A DNA stretch of 64,000 bases from an uncultured bacterium (lineage in GTDB: Bacteria > Patescibacteriota > Dojkabacteria > J137). Positions 37,115 to 46,425 of the stretch are shown piece by piece. The DNA lies in NCBI GenBank assembly GCA_963700155.1, contig OY969472.1, forward strand, positions 517,059 to 581,058, read 5' to 3'. Made by a program: the position numbers and the translations under genes. The notes beneath the pieces were generated by a model. That model was given only the letters and a program-made list of their open reading frames with translations, was not told where the DNA came from and did not search any database. Numbering within the stretch: the first letter of the stretch is position 1; each line of letters starts with the position of its first letter.

Positions 37115-37837
37115 ATGAAAATTGAATTTAGAGTAAAACTAAGTCTTTTTACATTACTTTTGGGAGTAAACTTAATAGTATTTTTATTGGCACTTGTAGC
37201 TCAAAGTACGGTTGGTTTTGATGGAAATCTTTTTTATATCTTCGGAGGACTGGATGCTACAAAAGTCTATTCTGGGAGTCTTTGGCTTTTAATAACCTCA
37301 GCATTTTTCCATATTGAGATCCTTCATTTTGGATTTAATTTTTATGTATTATATAAAGTTGGTCAGGTTGTGGAGAATTTATATGATAATAAAGTATTAT
37401 TTCTGACATATATTTTAGGGGCATTAGGAGGTTCTATCCTTTCTTATGCTACATCATATTTCTGGGGGCAAAATTTATATTCATTAGGTGCTTCTGGTGC
37501 AATTTTTGCACTAATAGGTCTTTTGGTTGGAGGTTCATTAAAAAGGAACAGGTACAGTATTGATTTACCAATTTCAACTAGAGATCTTCTGCCCATAATA
37601 ATAATTGCTTTGGGAGTAGGTCTAATTCCAGGGTCAAATATAAACAACTGGGCTCATATTGGAGGCCTTCTAACAGGTATTGTTTTAGGATTATTAATAA
37701 AACATTCTTTGGGAGGATACAGATTTAAAACTGAAGAGTTAGTAAGAAACATACTTTACTATATTTCGTTAATTATATTTATTGGCTCATATATTGCTTT
37801 GTTATACAATGCATTTAATATAATCTTTATACAATGA
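37115..37837 (+). CDS. rhomboid-family intramembrane serine protease
   Basis: HFGFNF, GASGAIFALIG (catalytic Ser), HIGGLLTG (catalytic His), six or more TM segments. Confidence 0.8.
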   Translation: MKIEFRVKLSLFTLLLGVNLIVFLLALVAQSTVGFDGNLFYIFGGLDATKVYSGSLWLLITSAFFHIEILHFGFNFYVLYKVGQVVENLYDNKVLFLTYILGALGGSILSYATSYFWGQNLYSLGASGAIFALIGLLVGGSLKRNRYSIDLPISTRDLLPIIIIALGVGLIPGSNINNWAHIGGLLTGIVLGLLIKHSLGGYRFKTEELVRNILYYISLIIFIGSYIALLYNAFNIIFIQ

Positions 37838-37995
37838 AAGGTTTAATAATTTTTGTAGCTTTATTTTTTCTTTGTTTTTTATGTCTTTGTTGTTGTTTAA
37901 TTTCTATTTTTATTCCAGGGAATGGTACTAGTTTGCCAATAAATACTCAACCAGTTGATACAATTCAATATCAAGGAGAGAGTTTAACAACATAA
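37834..37995 (+). CDS. small Cys-rich single-pass membrane protein (below the ORF-track size cutoff)
   Basis: ATG at 37834 overlaps the rhomboid TGA (ATGA). 53 aa: MKGLIIFVALFFLCFLCLCCCLISIFIPGNGTSLPINTQPVDTIQYQGESLTT. Confidence 0.35.
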   Translation: MKGLIIFVALFFLCFLCLCCCLISIFIPGNGTSLPINTQPVDTIQYQGESLTT

Positions 37996-38015
37996 TAAAT
38001 TTTATTATTAATCTT

Positions 38016-38660
38016 ATGATTTTATTATTCATTGGACCATCAGGAAGCGGAAAAGACACTCAAGCAGAATTTCTTGTAAAAGAGAATGCTTTTGAAAGAA
38101 TCTCAACTGGAGATTTAATTCGAGATATTTCAGAAGGAGACCATCCTGCACAAAAAGTTATCAGGCAATCAATGAACGAAGGCTTTTTAGCAGATAATTT
38201 TGTCTTTGGCTTACTTCAAGTTTACTTATCTCATAATGAAAAAGAAAATATTATTCTTTCTGGAGCTGTAAGAAGGGAATCTCAGGTAGAACTTTTAGAT
38301 AGTACTTTATTAAATGTAAAAAGGTCTCTAGATAAAGTAGTTTATTTTGAACTTTCAGATGAAGAAGCTATAAAAAGAATGTCAGGTAGACTTTATTGTC
38401 CAAAAGACGGCTCGAATTATCATTTAATCTTCAATCCGCCAAAACAAGTTGATACTTGCGATATTTGTGGAGGACCTTTAAAGCGAAGAGAAGATGATAA
38501 TCCAGATGCAATTAAAGCTAGACTGTATGATTTTCATAAAGATAACGATAAAATAATAGAGATGTATGAAAAAAGAGGAATATTATTAAAAATAGATGCT
38601 TCAAAAAGTATCGAAGAAGTACATCATGAAGTTGTAACTAGCTTAAATCTTAAAAAGTAA
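38016..38660 (+). CDS. adk: adenylate kinase (zinc-lid type)
   Basis: GPSGSGKDTQ, TGDLIR, lid CPKDGSNYH..CDICGGPLKRREDD. Confidence 0.9.
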   Translation: MILLFIGPSGSGKDTQAEFLVKENAFERISTGDLIRDISEGDHPAQKVIRQSMNEGFLADNFVFGLLQVYLSHNEKENIILSGAVRRESQVELLDSTLLNVKRSLDKVVYFELSDEEAIKRMSGRLYCPKDGSNYHLIFNPPKQVDTCDICGGPLKRREDDNPDAIKARLYDFHKDNDKIIEMYEKRGILLKIDASKSIEEVHHEVVTSLNLKK

Positions 38661-38662
38661 AA

Positions 38663-40027
38663 TTGAGAGTTTTAAAATATTATTATCGAGTGCTTAGATC
38701 CCTTATAGCTTCACTGCTTTATAGAAATCCATCTTCAAGTTTGATGATAATTGGAGTTACTGGAACTTCTGGAAAGTCTACTACATCAGCAATGGTTTAT
38801 CATATTTTAAAAGAGCAAGGTTTTCGGGTCGGATTAATTTCGACAGTTGGCGTTATAGCAGGAGAAAAGAATATTGATTCAGGATTCCATGTGACGACTC
38901 CGGATCCGATTGCCCTACAAAAATATTTAAAAATGATGGTTGATCAAGGTGTAGAGTATGTAGTTTTAGAAGTTTCATCGCATGCATTGGACCAAGGTAG
39001 GCTGGGTTTACTGAAGTTTGACTTCTCTGTATTTACAAATATTAAAGATGATCATTTAGACTGGCACAAGACATGGGAAAATTATGCAGGAGCAAAATTT
39101 AAATTAGTAGAAAAGCTTAGAGATACAGGAACATTAATAATAAACAAAGATGATAGAAGATCGTATGAGTTTATAAAAAATAAGATAGAAGCAACTGGAA
39201 ATAGAGGTGATGGATTTTCACTTGTTGAATATTCAATTGAGGGAACAATTTCTGATATAAAAGAAAGTTTTAGCGGAATTGATTTCAGCTTTTTTAGCGA
39301 GAATTCTCATTTAAATTTGATTGGGAAATACAATCTTTCGAATTTCTTAGCAGCAGCAGCTGTGGCGCAGGTTTTAGGTATTTCTAATAAAGAAATTTCA
39401 AACTCAATAAAAAACTTTGAAGGTCTTGAAGGAAGAATGCAAGTAATGCAAAACGATCCATTTACTGTGATTGTAGATTTTGCACATAATGCTGATTCGT
39501 TAGAAAAATCTTTAGAATCAATAAGAAGGATTAAAGATGAAGAGTCAAGGGTTATTTGTGTATTTGGATCGGCGGGTCTTCGGGATCGACAAAAACGTTT
39601 TGATATGGGAAAAGTTTCAGGGAATATGGCAGATATAACTATTGTAACTGCCGAAGACCCGCGAACAGAAAGCTTATATGAAATTAACTCTAAAATTATT
39701 GAGGGGGCGGAAGAGTCTGGTGGAACTTTAGTAAAAAGATTTGCAACTCATGAAGAATATCTAGATTATCTTAAAGAAAATGGAATAGACTCTTCCGCCC
39801 AAGTAGATTCTTCTTCGGTTCAAGTTATCGCAATAAGTTCTAAATCAATTTTTGCTTTTGATTATCCTGAAGTTCAAAATAGAATGGATGCGATAGCATT
39901 TGCAATAAAACTCGTAAAACCCAACGATATTGTTATTACTGAAGGGAAAGGTCATGAAAAGTCTTTAGCTTTTGGTACAACTGAATATCCATACACTGAT
40001 CAAGCCGCAGTCCAATCTGCATTATAA
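38663..40027 (+). CDS. murE: Mur ligase, MurE-like, lacking the usual N-terminal domain
   Basis: GVTGTSGKSTT, EVSSHAL, DFAHNADSLEKSL, VFGSAGLRDRQKR, VTAEDPRTES, GKGHE. Only about 30 aa precede the P-loop. TTG start. Confidence 0.65.
   Translation: MRVLKYYYRVLRSLIASLLYRNPSSSLMIIGVTGTSGKSTTSAMVYHILKEQGFRVGLISTVGVIAGEKNIDSGFHVTTPDPIALQKYLKMMVDQGVEYVVLEVSSHALDQGRLGLLKFDFSVFTNIKDDHLDWHKTWENYAGAKFKLVEKLRDTGTLIINKDDRRSYEFIKNKIEATGNRGDGFSLVEYSIEGTISDIKESFSGIDFSFFSENSHLNLIGKYNLSNFLAAAAVAQVLGISNKEISNSIKNFEGLEGRMQVMQNDPFTVIVDFAHNADSLEKSLESIRRIKDEESRVICVFGSAGLRDRQKRFDMGKVSGNMADITIVTAEDPRTESLYEINSKIIEGAEESGGTLVKRFATHEEYLDYLKENGIDSSAQVDSSSVQVIAISSKSIFAFDYPEVQNRMDAIAFAIKLVKPNDIVITEGKGHEKSLAFGTTEYPYTDQAAVQSAL
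39572..39662. repeat. 12-bp inverted repeat, 67-nt spacer, inside murE
   Basis: GCGGGTCTTCGG (39572-39583) / CCGAAGACCCGC (39651-39662). Confidence 0.9.
39705..39800. repeat. 14-bp inverted repeat, 68-nt spacer, inside murE
   Basis: GGGCGGAAGAGTCT (39705-39718) / AGACTCTTCCGCCC (39787-39800). Confidence 0.9.
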
Positions 40028-40042
40028 AAACATAAAAAGTTT

Positions 40043-40540
40043 ATGAAATATAATTTAGAAGATCTTCCATATAGAGAATCCACACATGCTGTAATCTTTG
40101 ATTCTGAAAATAATTTATTAATAGTTCATAAAATTAATTATGAACCTGAAGATTGGGCGTTCCCTGGTGGTGGAATTGAACTTGGAGAAGACTCAAAACA
40201 GGCTGTTGAACGTGAGCTTAAAGAAGAGATTGGTTTAGATCAATCAGAATACGAGATCCTTTATAAAAGCAATTATGACTATAAATATGACTGGGATGTA
40301 GATGCAATAGAGCAAAGATTTAAGAAAGATCATAAATATTATCGTGGTCAAATACTTTTTCAATATATAGTAAAAATTAGCAAAGTAAAACCAGAAATTA
40401 ATATTCAGAAATCAGAGCTGAATGAATTTAAATGGATTCCCAGGAATAGTATATCTGACTATATAAGAAATTCTGAAGCCCAAGATATGCTGAAGAAATT
40501 ATTTAATGAGTATGATCAGAAATATTCAGATAGAACTTAA
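40043..40540 (+). CDS. NUDIX hydrolase
   Basis: Nudix box GGGIELGEDSKQAVERELKEEIGL. Confidence 0.8.
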   Translation: MKYNLEDLPYRESTHAVIFDSENNLLIVHKINYEPEDWAFPGGGIELGEDSKQAVERELKEEIGLDQSEYEILYKSNYDYKYDWDVDAIEQRFKKDHKYYRGQILFQYIVKISKVKPEINIQKSELNEFKWIPRNSISDYIRNSEAQDMLKKLFNEYDQKYSDRT

Positions 40541-40695
40541 AAATATATTAACTCCTCGATGGCAACTTTCAACTGGTGTAAGAGATGAATACAAGACGGC
40601 ATTAGAATGTGGAATCAAAATACACAAATATGGATAGTCTTTTTAAATTGACGCACGACTCCCCCAGGTCTAGTATATAGATATAGATAAATTTT

Positions 40696-41625
40696 ATGAA
40701 AATTTTTATGGCTTCATTAAAACATCAACTTAGTAGGTTTAAAACTATAATTATAATTTTAGTCATCGTCGTAATATTACTAGTCATAATACTAGTTAGA
40801 AGATCAAACACACCAATACTAGACCCGTCATTAAATATTGAGACTGTTCAGGTTAGAAACGTACAAAATGTTGTAACAGCGGAAGGTAATTTACATGCGA
40901 ATGATGAAAGATTTGTTTATCTTCCATCTCTTTCTAAGGTAACATCTATAAAAGTTTCAGTAAATGACAAGGTTTCAAAAGATGATGTTTTGGCAGAAGT
41001 TGAAAGTACAAATCAATTAGGAAGTACAACGACTACTGAAATTAAATCTCCAATAAAAGGAACTGTTGTCCAAATTGGATATAAAGAAAATGATATTGCC
41101 AATGCTTCATCAGTCGGCTTTGAAATTGCAGATTTATCTTCATATAAGGTAATCGTATATATCAATGAAACTGATATTCCGAATATTAAAAATAAGCAAA
41201 GTGCTAAGATTAATTTTCCTGCTATTTCATTAGATGACTTATACGATGCAAAAATAACTTTTGTCTCACCCTCACCTATTGATTCAAGTGGTGTTGTAAA
41301 TTATGAAGTTGATCTCTCACCTTCAAAACTTCCTAGTGGAATAAAGCTTGGAATGTCTGTTGATGTAGATATAACAACAGCGGAGGTCGATAATGTTCTC
41401 GCAATTCCAGAAACATATTTAATTGAAAAAGATAATAAAAATTATGTAAAACTTTTAACTTGGACAAATGATCAAAAAACCCAATACGATATATCTGAAG
41501 TTGAAATAACAGTTGGATTAAAAACAAATGAATACGTTGAAGTAAAATCTGGTTTGAAACAAGGAGATGAAATTGTTGAACCATCGTATGTAGCTAAATC
41601 TGGGCTAGGTATTTTCGGTAATTAA
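40696..41625 (+). CDS. efflux-transporter periplasmic adaptor (HlyD/MacA-like)
   Basis: N-terminal TM, lipoyl-like ..VSKDDVLAEVES..IKSPIKGTV.., beta-barrel region. Lies upstream of the MacB-type ABC pair. Confidence 0.65.
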   Translation: MKIFMASLKHQLSRFKTIIIILVIVVILLVIILVRRSNTPILDPSLNIETVQVRNVQNVVTAEGNLHANDERFVYLPSLSKVTSIKVSVNDKVSKDDVLAEVESTNQLGSTTTTEIKSPIKGTVVQIGYKENDIANASSVGFEIADLSSYKVIVYINETDIPNIKNKQSAKINFPAISLDDLYDAKITFVSPSPIDSSGVVNYEVDLSPSKLPSGIKLGMSVDVDITTAEVDNVLAIPETYLIEKDNKNYVKLLTWTNDQKTQYDISEVEITVGLKTNEYVEVKSGLKQGDEIVEPSYVAKSGLGIFGN

Positions 41626-41638
41626 TATATATAGAATT

Positions 41639-42343
41639 ATGGAACTTCCGGGAAAAATCGAAAAAAGAATAGATGAAAAGGAGTTGATTGAATTAAGAAA
41701 TATTACTAAAAGCTATAATATTGACAAAGAAAATGAATTCAAGGCACTTAAAGGCATTGATTTAAGAATAAATAAAGGTGAATTTGTAGCAATAATGGGG
41801 CCTTCAGGTTCTGGAAAAACTACCTTAATGAATATTTTAGGTGCATTGGATGTACCAACTTCGGGACATTATCTAATCTACGGAAAAGATATAAGTAAGT
41901 ATACGCAAAATCAACTTGCAGATTTTAGAAATAAAGATGTTGGATTTGTATTTCAACAATTTAATCTTCTTCCAAGAAGAAATGTTCGTGATAATGTTAT
42001 TCTTCCAACTTTATATGGATTTATTCCAGATAAAGAGAAAAAATTATTAGAAGTTATTGAAAAAGTAGGTTTAAGAGATAAGCTGTTAAATAAACCAAAC
42101 GAGCTTTCCGGTGGACAAATACAAAGAGTTGCAATAGCTAGGGCTTTGATGATGTCACCTTCAATTATTATGGCTGATGAGCCTACTGGGAATTTAGATA
42201 CTAAGACCTCAATGGAGATTATGGAGATATTCAAAAGCATTAACGATGAAGGAAATACGATTATTTTAATTACTCATGAAGATGATATTGCTGCATATGC
42301 AAAACGTATAATACATATTAAAGATGGAGAAATAGTTAAATAA
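41639..42343 (+). CDS. ABC transporter ATP-binding protein (MacB/LolD family)
   Basis: Walker A GPSGSGKTT, signature LSGGQIQR, Walker B IIMADEPTGNLD, H-loop ITHE. Confidence 0.9.
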   Translation: MELPGKIEKRIDEKELIELRNITKSYNIDKENEFKALKGIDLRINKGEFVAIMGPSGSGKTTLMNILGALDVPTSGHYLIYGKDISKYTQNQLADFRNKDVGFVFQQFNLLPRRNVRDNVILPTLYGFIPDKEKKLLEVIEKVGLRDKLLNKPNELSGGQIQRVAIARALMMSPSIIMADEPTGNLDTKTSMEIMEIFKSINDEGNTIILITHEDDIAAYAKRIIHIKDGEIVK

Positions 42344-42348
42344 TAATC

Positions 42349-43566
42349 ATGTCATTAAATGAAATTCTTAAAATATCAATAAATTCAATACTTTCAAATA
42401 AAGTAAGAGCATTTTTAACAATGCTTGGAATTATTATTGGAATAGCAGCTGTGATTGCACTTTTATCACTAGGACAAGGTGCTCAAAGTTCAATTTTACA
42501 ACAGGTAGAAGGTTTAGGGTCTAACACTTTAACGATAGTTCCTGTGGCAAATTTCAGTGGTTTTACTAGCAGATCTAGTTTCGAAGGATTTGTAAATAAT
42601 AAAATAGATTATAAAGTATTGAAGGTGTTAGAAAATCCAGTAACTTTTAGTGAAATTGAAGCAATTTCACCTGAGGCAGGGAAATCAATGAGTGTTAGTT
42701 ATCGATCAAAAGGTGGATCCTATACAGTTGAAGGTGTTGAAGAAACTTTTTTTGATGTGAGAGGAGTAAATATTAATTCGGGGAGGCAAATTACAAAAAA
42801 TGATAATCAAACCTTAGCAAAAGTTGCAATTTTAGGACCTAGTGTATATCAAAAATTGTTTGGTGAAAGTGATCCTATAGATAAAGATATCAAAATTGAT
42901 GGGAAAGTATTTAGGGTAATTGGAGTTGCAGAATCAAAAGGAGCGCAGTTAGATAATAATATCGAAGTCCCATTGAATACAGCGACGAGTTTGCTTTTAG
43001 GAAATAAAAATCTTTCACAGATTGTAGTTAAAGTTAAAGATGAGAACCAGATTGATCAAGTTTCAGGAAAAATAGATACAGAATTTAGAAAATTTTTTAA
43101 ATTACACCAAAATGATGAGGCTAACTATTCAATATTTAGTTCAAAGGACGTTGCGACATTAGCCGAAACTGTAACAGGCATTTTTACGACCTTGCTTTCA
43201 AGCATTGCAAGTATTTCATTAATAGTTGGTGGTATTGGGATTATGAATATTATGCTGGTTTCAGTTACTGAAAGGACAAAAGAGATTGGTTTAAGAAAAG
43301 CTGTTGGAGCGAAACAAAGGGTTATTCTTTGGCAATTCGTTATTGAAGCTGTTGTTCTAACAGTTATTGGAGGGCTGATTGGCATTATATTTGGCTTGAG
43401 TTTAGCATTTATTGTCGGGCACTTTGGGAATATCCCAATTGTTATATCGTTAGGTTCAATAGCATTAGCAACTTCAGTCTCAGCAACAATAGGTATAGTA
43501 TTCGGCTTTTATCCAGCGTACAGGGCTTCAAGATTAAATCCGATTGATGCTTTACGATATGAATAA
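42349..43566 (+). CDS. ABC transporter permease (MacB-type, FtsX domain)
   Basis: N-terminal TM, large periplasmic domain, C-terminal FtsX motif RTKEIGLRKAVGA..YPAYRASRLNPIDALRYE. Confidence 0.85.
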   Translation: MSLNEILKISINSILSNKVRAFLTMLGIIIGIAAVIALLSLGQGAQSSILQQVEGLGSNTLTIVPVANFSGFTSRSSFEGFVNNKIDYKVLKVLENPVTFSEIEAISPEAGKSMSVSYRSKGGSYTVEGVEETFFDVRGVNINSGRQITKNDNQTLAKVAILGPSVYQKLFGESDPIDKDIKIDGKVFRVIGVAESKGAQLDNNIEVPLNTATSLLLGNKNLSQIVVKVKDENQIDQVSGKIDTEFRKFFKLHQNDEANYSIFSSKDVATLAETVTGIFTTLLSSIASISLIVGGIGIMNIMLVSVTERTKEIGLRKAVGAKQRVILWQFVIEAVVLTVIGGLIGIIFGLSLAFIVGHFGNIPIVISLGSIALATSVSATIGIVFGFYPAYRASRLNPIDALRYE

Positions 43567-43599
43567 ATTTGTTATCATCTGAAAGCAACTTTTATTCGT

Positions 43600-44655
43600 A
43601 TGATTAAGTTAAATAAATTAACAAATTTTGAACTACCAAAAGTAGATACAGTTAAGATTATTCTTAAGGAGCAATCAAGACCATTCAGCTACATTGAAGT
43701 TAATTTTGATATCTCCCAAAAGGGCAGTGTAATGTCATCTAGTTTGTTAAATAATTACTTAAGAAAGGGAGAAGCAGATTTATCTTTAATAGATGTACTG
43801 GATGAAATTGAGAACAAAGTACTGGGTAACGAGAATGATTTATTTTTTGGGAATTTCATATTTCAAATAATAGTTAATAACACTATTGTTGAATTTTCAT
43901 TGTCATCAAATTCTGTTGGTGATCCGATATATTATATTAAAGATATTGACGGATCAAATAATCCTGGGGAGATTCCTCCTAAAATAAAAGCTAAGATAGA
44001 CTGGTACATCACCTTGATTGCAGGTTATGTTTCAGAGCAAAGTGATGATTTTTTTATGAATACTGATACTGATTTAATTTCAGCCGATGGTGATGAATTA
44101 GTTTTGGAAAAAGTTGGAGAAAAATCATTTTTATTAGACTGGATAGAAAAGAAAACAGAAAAGAAGTTTATAAGAGAAGATTATGATGAAGATGAATTAA
44201 CTGAAATGTTATCTGTATATGTATTTAACAATATAGATATATGGGTAGATCAGATGAGGGAGGATATAAAAGAAGATGGTGCAAATGAAGAAATCATTGA
44301 TGATTTGGATGATGATTTTTTGAGTGTTTTCATTCCTGAGCTAATAAGAAGAATTATATCTGGGACAGGGAATACTTTTGGTACTGATAAAATTTCAACA
44401 TTAGCACATGATTATTTAATATATTTTGATATGAATACTACTAATAATGACGGGAAAAAAGTAATTTTTGATAAGTTTTGGAGTGAGGATGATAATCCCG
44501 AGAAAGAAGTATTAAAACACTTATCGAATAATGCAAGATTATATGAAATATTTTTTGGCACAATGATCGATATTTGGAATTTTATGATCTATTTATCAGA
44601 AAGCAATGACAACTATGGTGATGATATGAATCCATCTTTCCCAATTGAAATGTAA
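43600..44655 (+). CDS. hypothetical acidic protein
   Basis: 351 aa, Asp/Glu-rich. No motif recognised. Confidence 0.4.
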   Translation: MIKLNKLTNFELPKVDTVKIILKEQSRPFSYIEVNFDISQKGSVMSSSLLNNYLRKGEADLSLIDVLDEIENKVLGNENDLFFGNFIFQIIVNNTIVEFSLSSNSVGDPIYYIKDIDGSNNPGEIPPKIKAKIDWYITLIAGYVSEQSDDFFMNTDTDLISADGDELVLEKVGEKSFLLDWIEKKTEKKFIREDYDEDELTEMLSVYVFNNIDIWVDQMREDIKEDGANEEIIDDLDDDFLSVFIPELIRRIISGTGNTFGTDKISTLAHDYLIYFDMNTTNNDGKKVIFDKFWSEDDNPEKEVLKHLSNNARLYEIFFGTMIDIWNFMIYLSESNDNYGDDMNPSFPIEM

Positions 44656-44696
44656 TATTAGAGACTCTTCGTTTTGCCTGTAGTATAATTCTTCTT

Positions 44697-46424
44697 ATGA
44701 ATGACATTAAATCTGATTTACAAAATAACTTAACAGAAGCTTTAAAAAGTCTAGGTATTAAAGATGTTGAAATTGAAATAGAAAGACCAAAAGATGAATC
44801 ACATGGGGATTTTTCTTCTAATGTATCTATGAAATTATCAGCAGTTCTAAAGAAAAATCCCTTACAAATTGCACAAGAATTAGTAACTGAACTTGATAAA
44901 AACAAATTGGAATCTATAGAAAAAATTGAAGCTGTAAATCCAGGATTTATTAATTTCTATATCAAAAAATCTGCTTATTTAAATATCCTTGAAAATGTAA
45001 TATCACTTTCAGATAAATTCGGAGCAAACAATATTGGAGAAGGAAAAAATGTTATTGTTGAATTTAGTTCCCCAAATATTGCGAAACCGTTTACTATTGG
45101 ACATTTGCGATCAACTATTATTGGTGATTCAATTGCAAAAATTTTAGAGTTCTCAGGATATAAAGTTTTTAGAGATAATCATTTAGGTGATTGGGGAGCT
45201 TCATTCGGTAAGTATCTGGCTGCATTTGAACATTACAATATAGATATTGAAGAGATCAAAAAATCCGATCGTCCAATAAAGCAGCTTGTAGATTTATATA
45301 TAAAATTTACTCAAGACTCCGAAGAAAATCCTGATCTTAAAGAATTAGGACGAGAGTGGTTTAAAAAACTAGAAGATGGAGATGAAAAAGCTAGAAAACT
45401 TTGGCAGGAATGTATAAATATATCATTTATTGAATTTGATAAAGTTTATAAAAAACTTAATGTTTCTTTTACAGAAAATGAAGGTAAAGGTTATGGTGAA
45501 TCTTTTTTTGAAGACAAAATGCCTGCAGTTATAAAAGAGTTAGAAGAAGCAAATGAACAAAAGAGAGTAGATTATCATAAAAGTGAAGGTGCAATGCTGG
45601 TGTTCTTTCCTAAAGAAGAACTCCCCCCAATGATGGTTTTAAAAAGCAATGGGACAACACTTTACTCAACTCGAGATTTGGCAACAGATAAGTATAGAAA
45701 AGAAAATTCGAGATACGGATACCCAAATTTGACTGTAATAAATGAAACTGGAATAGAGCAGAGTCTTTATTGGAAACAAATTTTTAAAACTGAAGAGATG
45801 CTAGGTTGGTACAAAAAAGGAGAACGTATTGCAATAATGCATGGATTGTACAGATTTAAAGAAGGAAAAATGTCTACTAGAAAAGGAAATGTTATTTGGC
45901 TTGAAGATGTGCTAAATGAATCAATCAATAGAGCTGAAAAACTATCCAAAGAAGAAGAGGCTGAATTGCCAGTTAAAATAGGGGTAGGTGCAATAAAATG
46001 GAATGATTTAAAAAGGGATCCTAAACAAGATATTGTTTTTGATTGGGAAGAGATTCTAAATTTAAAAGGTAATTCAAGTCCTTATATTCAATATACTTAT
46101 GTTCGAGCAAATAAAATTGGAAAAACTAATAATTTTGATTTTAATGATATAACTCCAAACGAAGAAGAAGGAAAAGTTCTAGATTTAATATCTCAGTTTG
46201 GTCAAATTATTGAGTATTCAGCACAAAATTATCAATCCAGTACTATTTGTACCTATTTATTTAATCTTTCTCAATCTTATAGCACCTTCTATGAAAAACA
46301 TAGAATTTTAAATGCTGAAGATGAAAAAACAAAAAATTTTCGAATAGCTTTATCTCAGGCAACAGCTCAGGTAATCAAGAATGGTTTAAATCTGCTGGGA
46401 ATTGAAACTGTAGAAAGAATGTAA
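44697..46424 (+). CDS. argS: arginine--tRNA ligase
   Basis: SSPNIAKPFTIGHLRS (HIGH region), MSTRKG (KMSK-like), C-terminal anticodon-binding DALR-type domain. Confidence 0.95.
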   Translation: MNDIKSDLQNNLTEALKSLGIKDVEIEIERPKDESHGDFSSNVSMKLSAVLKKNPLQIAQELVTELDKNKLESIEKIEAVNPGFINFYIKKSAYLNILENVISLSDKFGANNIGEGKNVIVEFSSPNIAKPFTIGHLRSTIIGDSIAKILEFSGYKVFRDNHLGDWGASFGKYLAAFEHYNIDIEEIKKSDRPIKQLVDLYIKFTQDSEENPDLKELGREWFKKLEDGDEKARKLWQECINISFIEFDKVYKKLNVSFTENEGKGYGESFFEDKMPAVIKELEEANEQKRVDYHKSEGAMLVFFPKEELPPMMVLKSNGTTLYSTRDLATDKYRKENSRYGYPNLTVINETGIEQSLYWKQIFKTEEMLGWYKKGERIAIMHGLYRFKEGKMSTRKGNVIWLEDVLNESINRAEKLSKEEEAELPVKIGVGAIKWNDLKRDPKQDIVFDWEEILNLKGNSSPYIQYTYVRANKIGKTNNFDFNDITPNEEEGKVLDLISQFGQIIEYSAQNYQSSTICTYLFNLSQSYSTFYEKHRILNAEDEKTKNFRIALSQATAQVIKNGLNLLGIETVERM

Positions 46425-46425
46425 C

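Noticed and set aside
44582-44905. 107-aa minus-strand ORF spanning the 351-aa ORF / argS junction
   Set aside because: It overlaps the argS N-terminus and the upstream gene end. It has no motif and looks like an antisense artefact.
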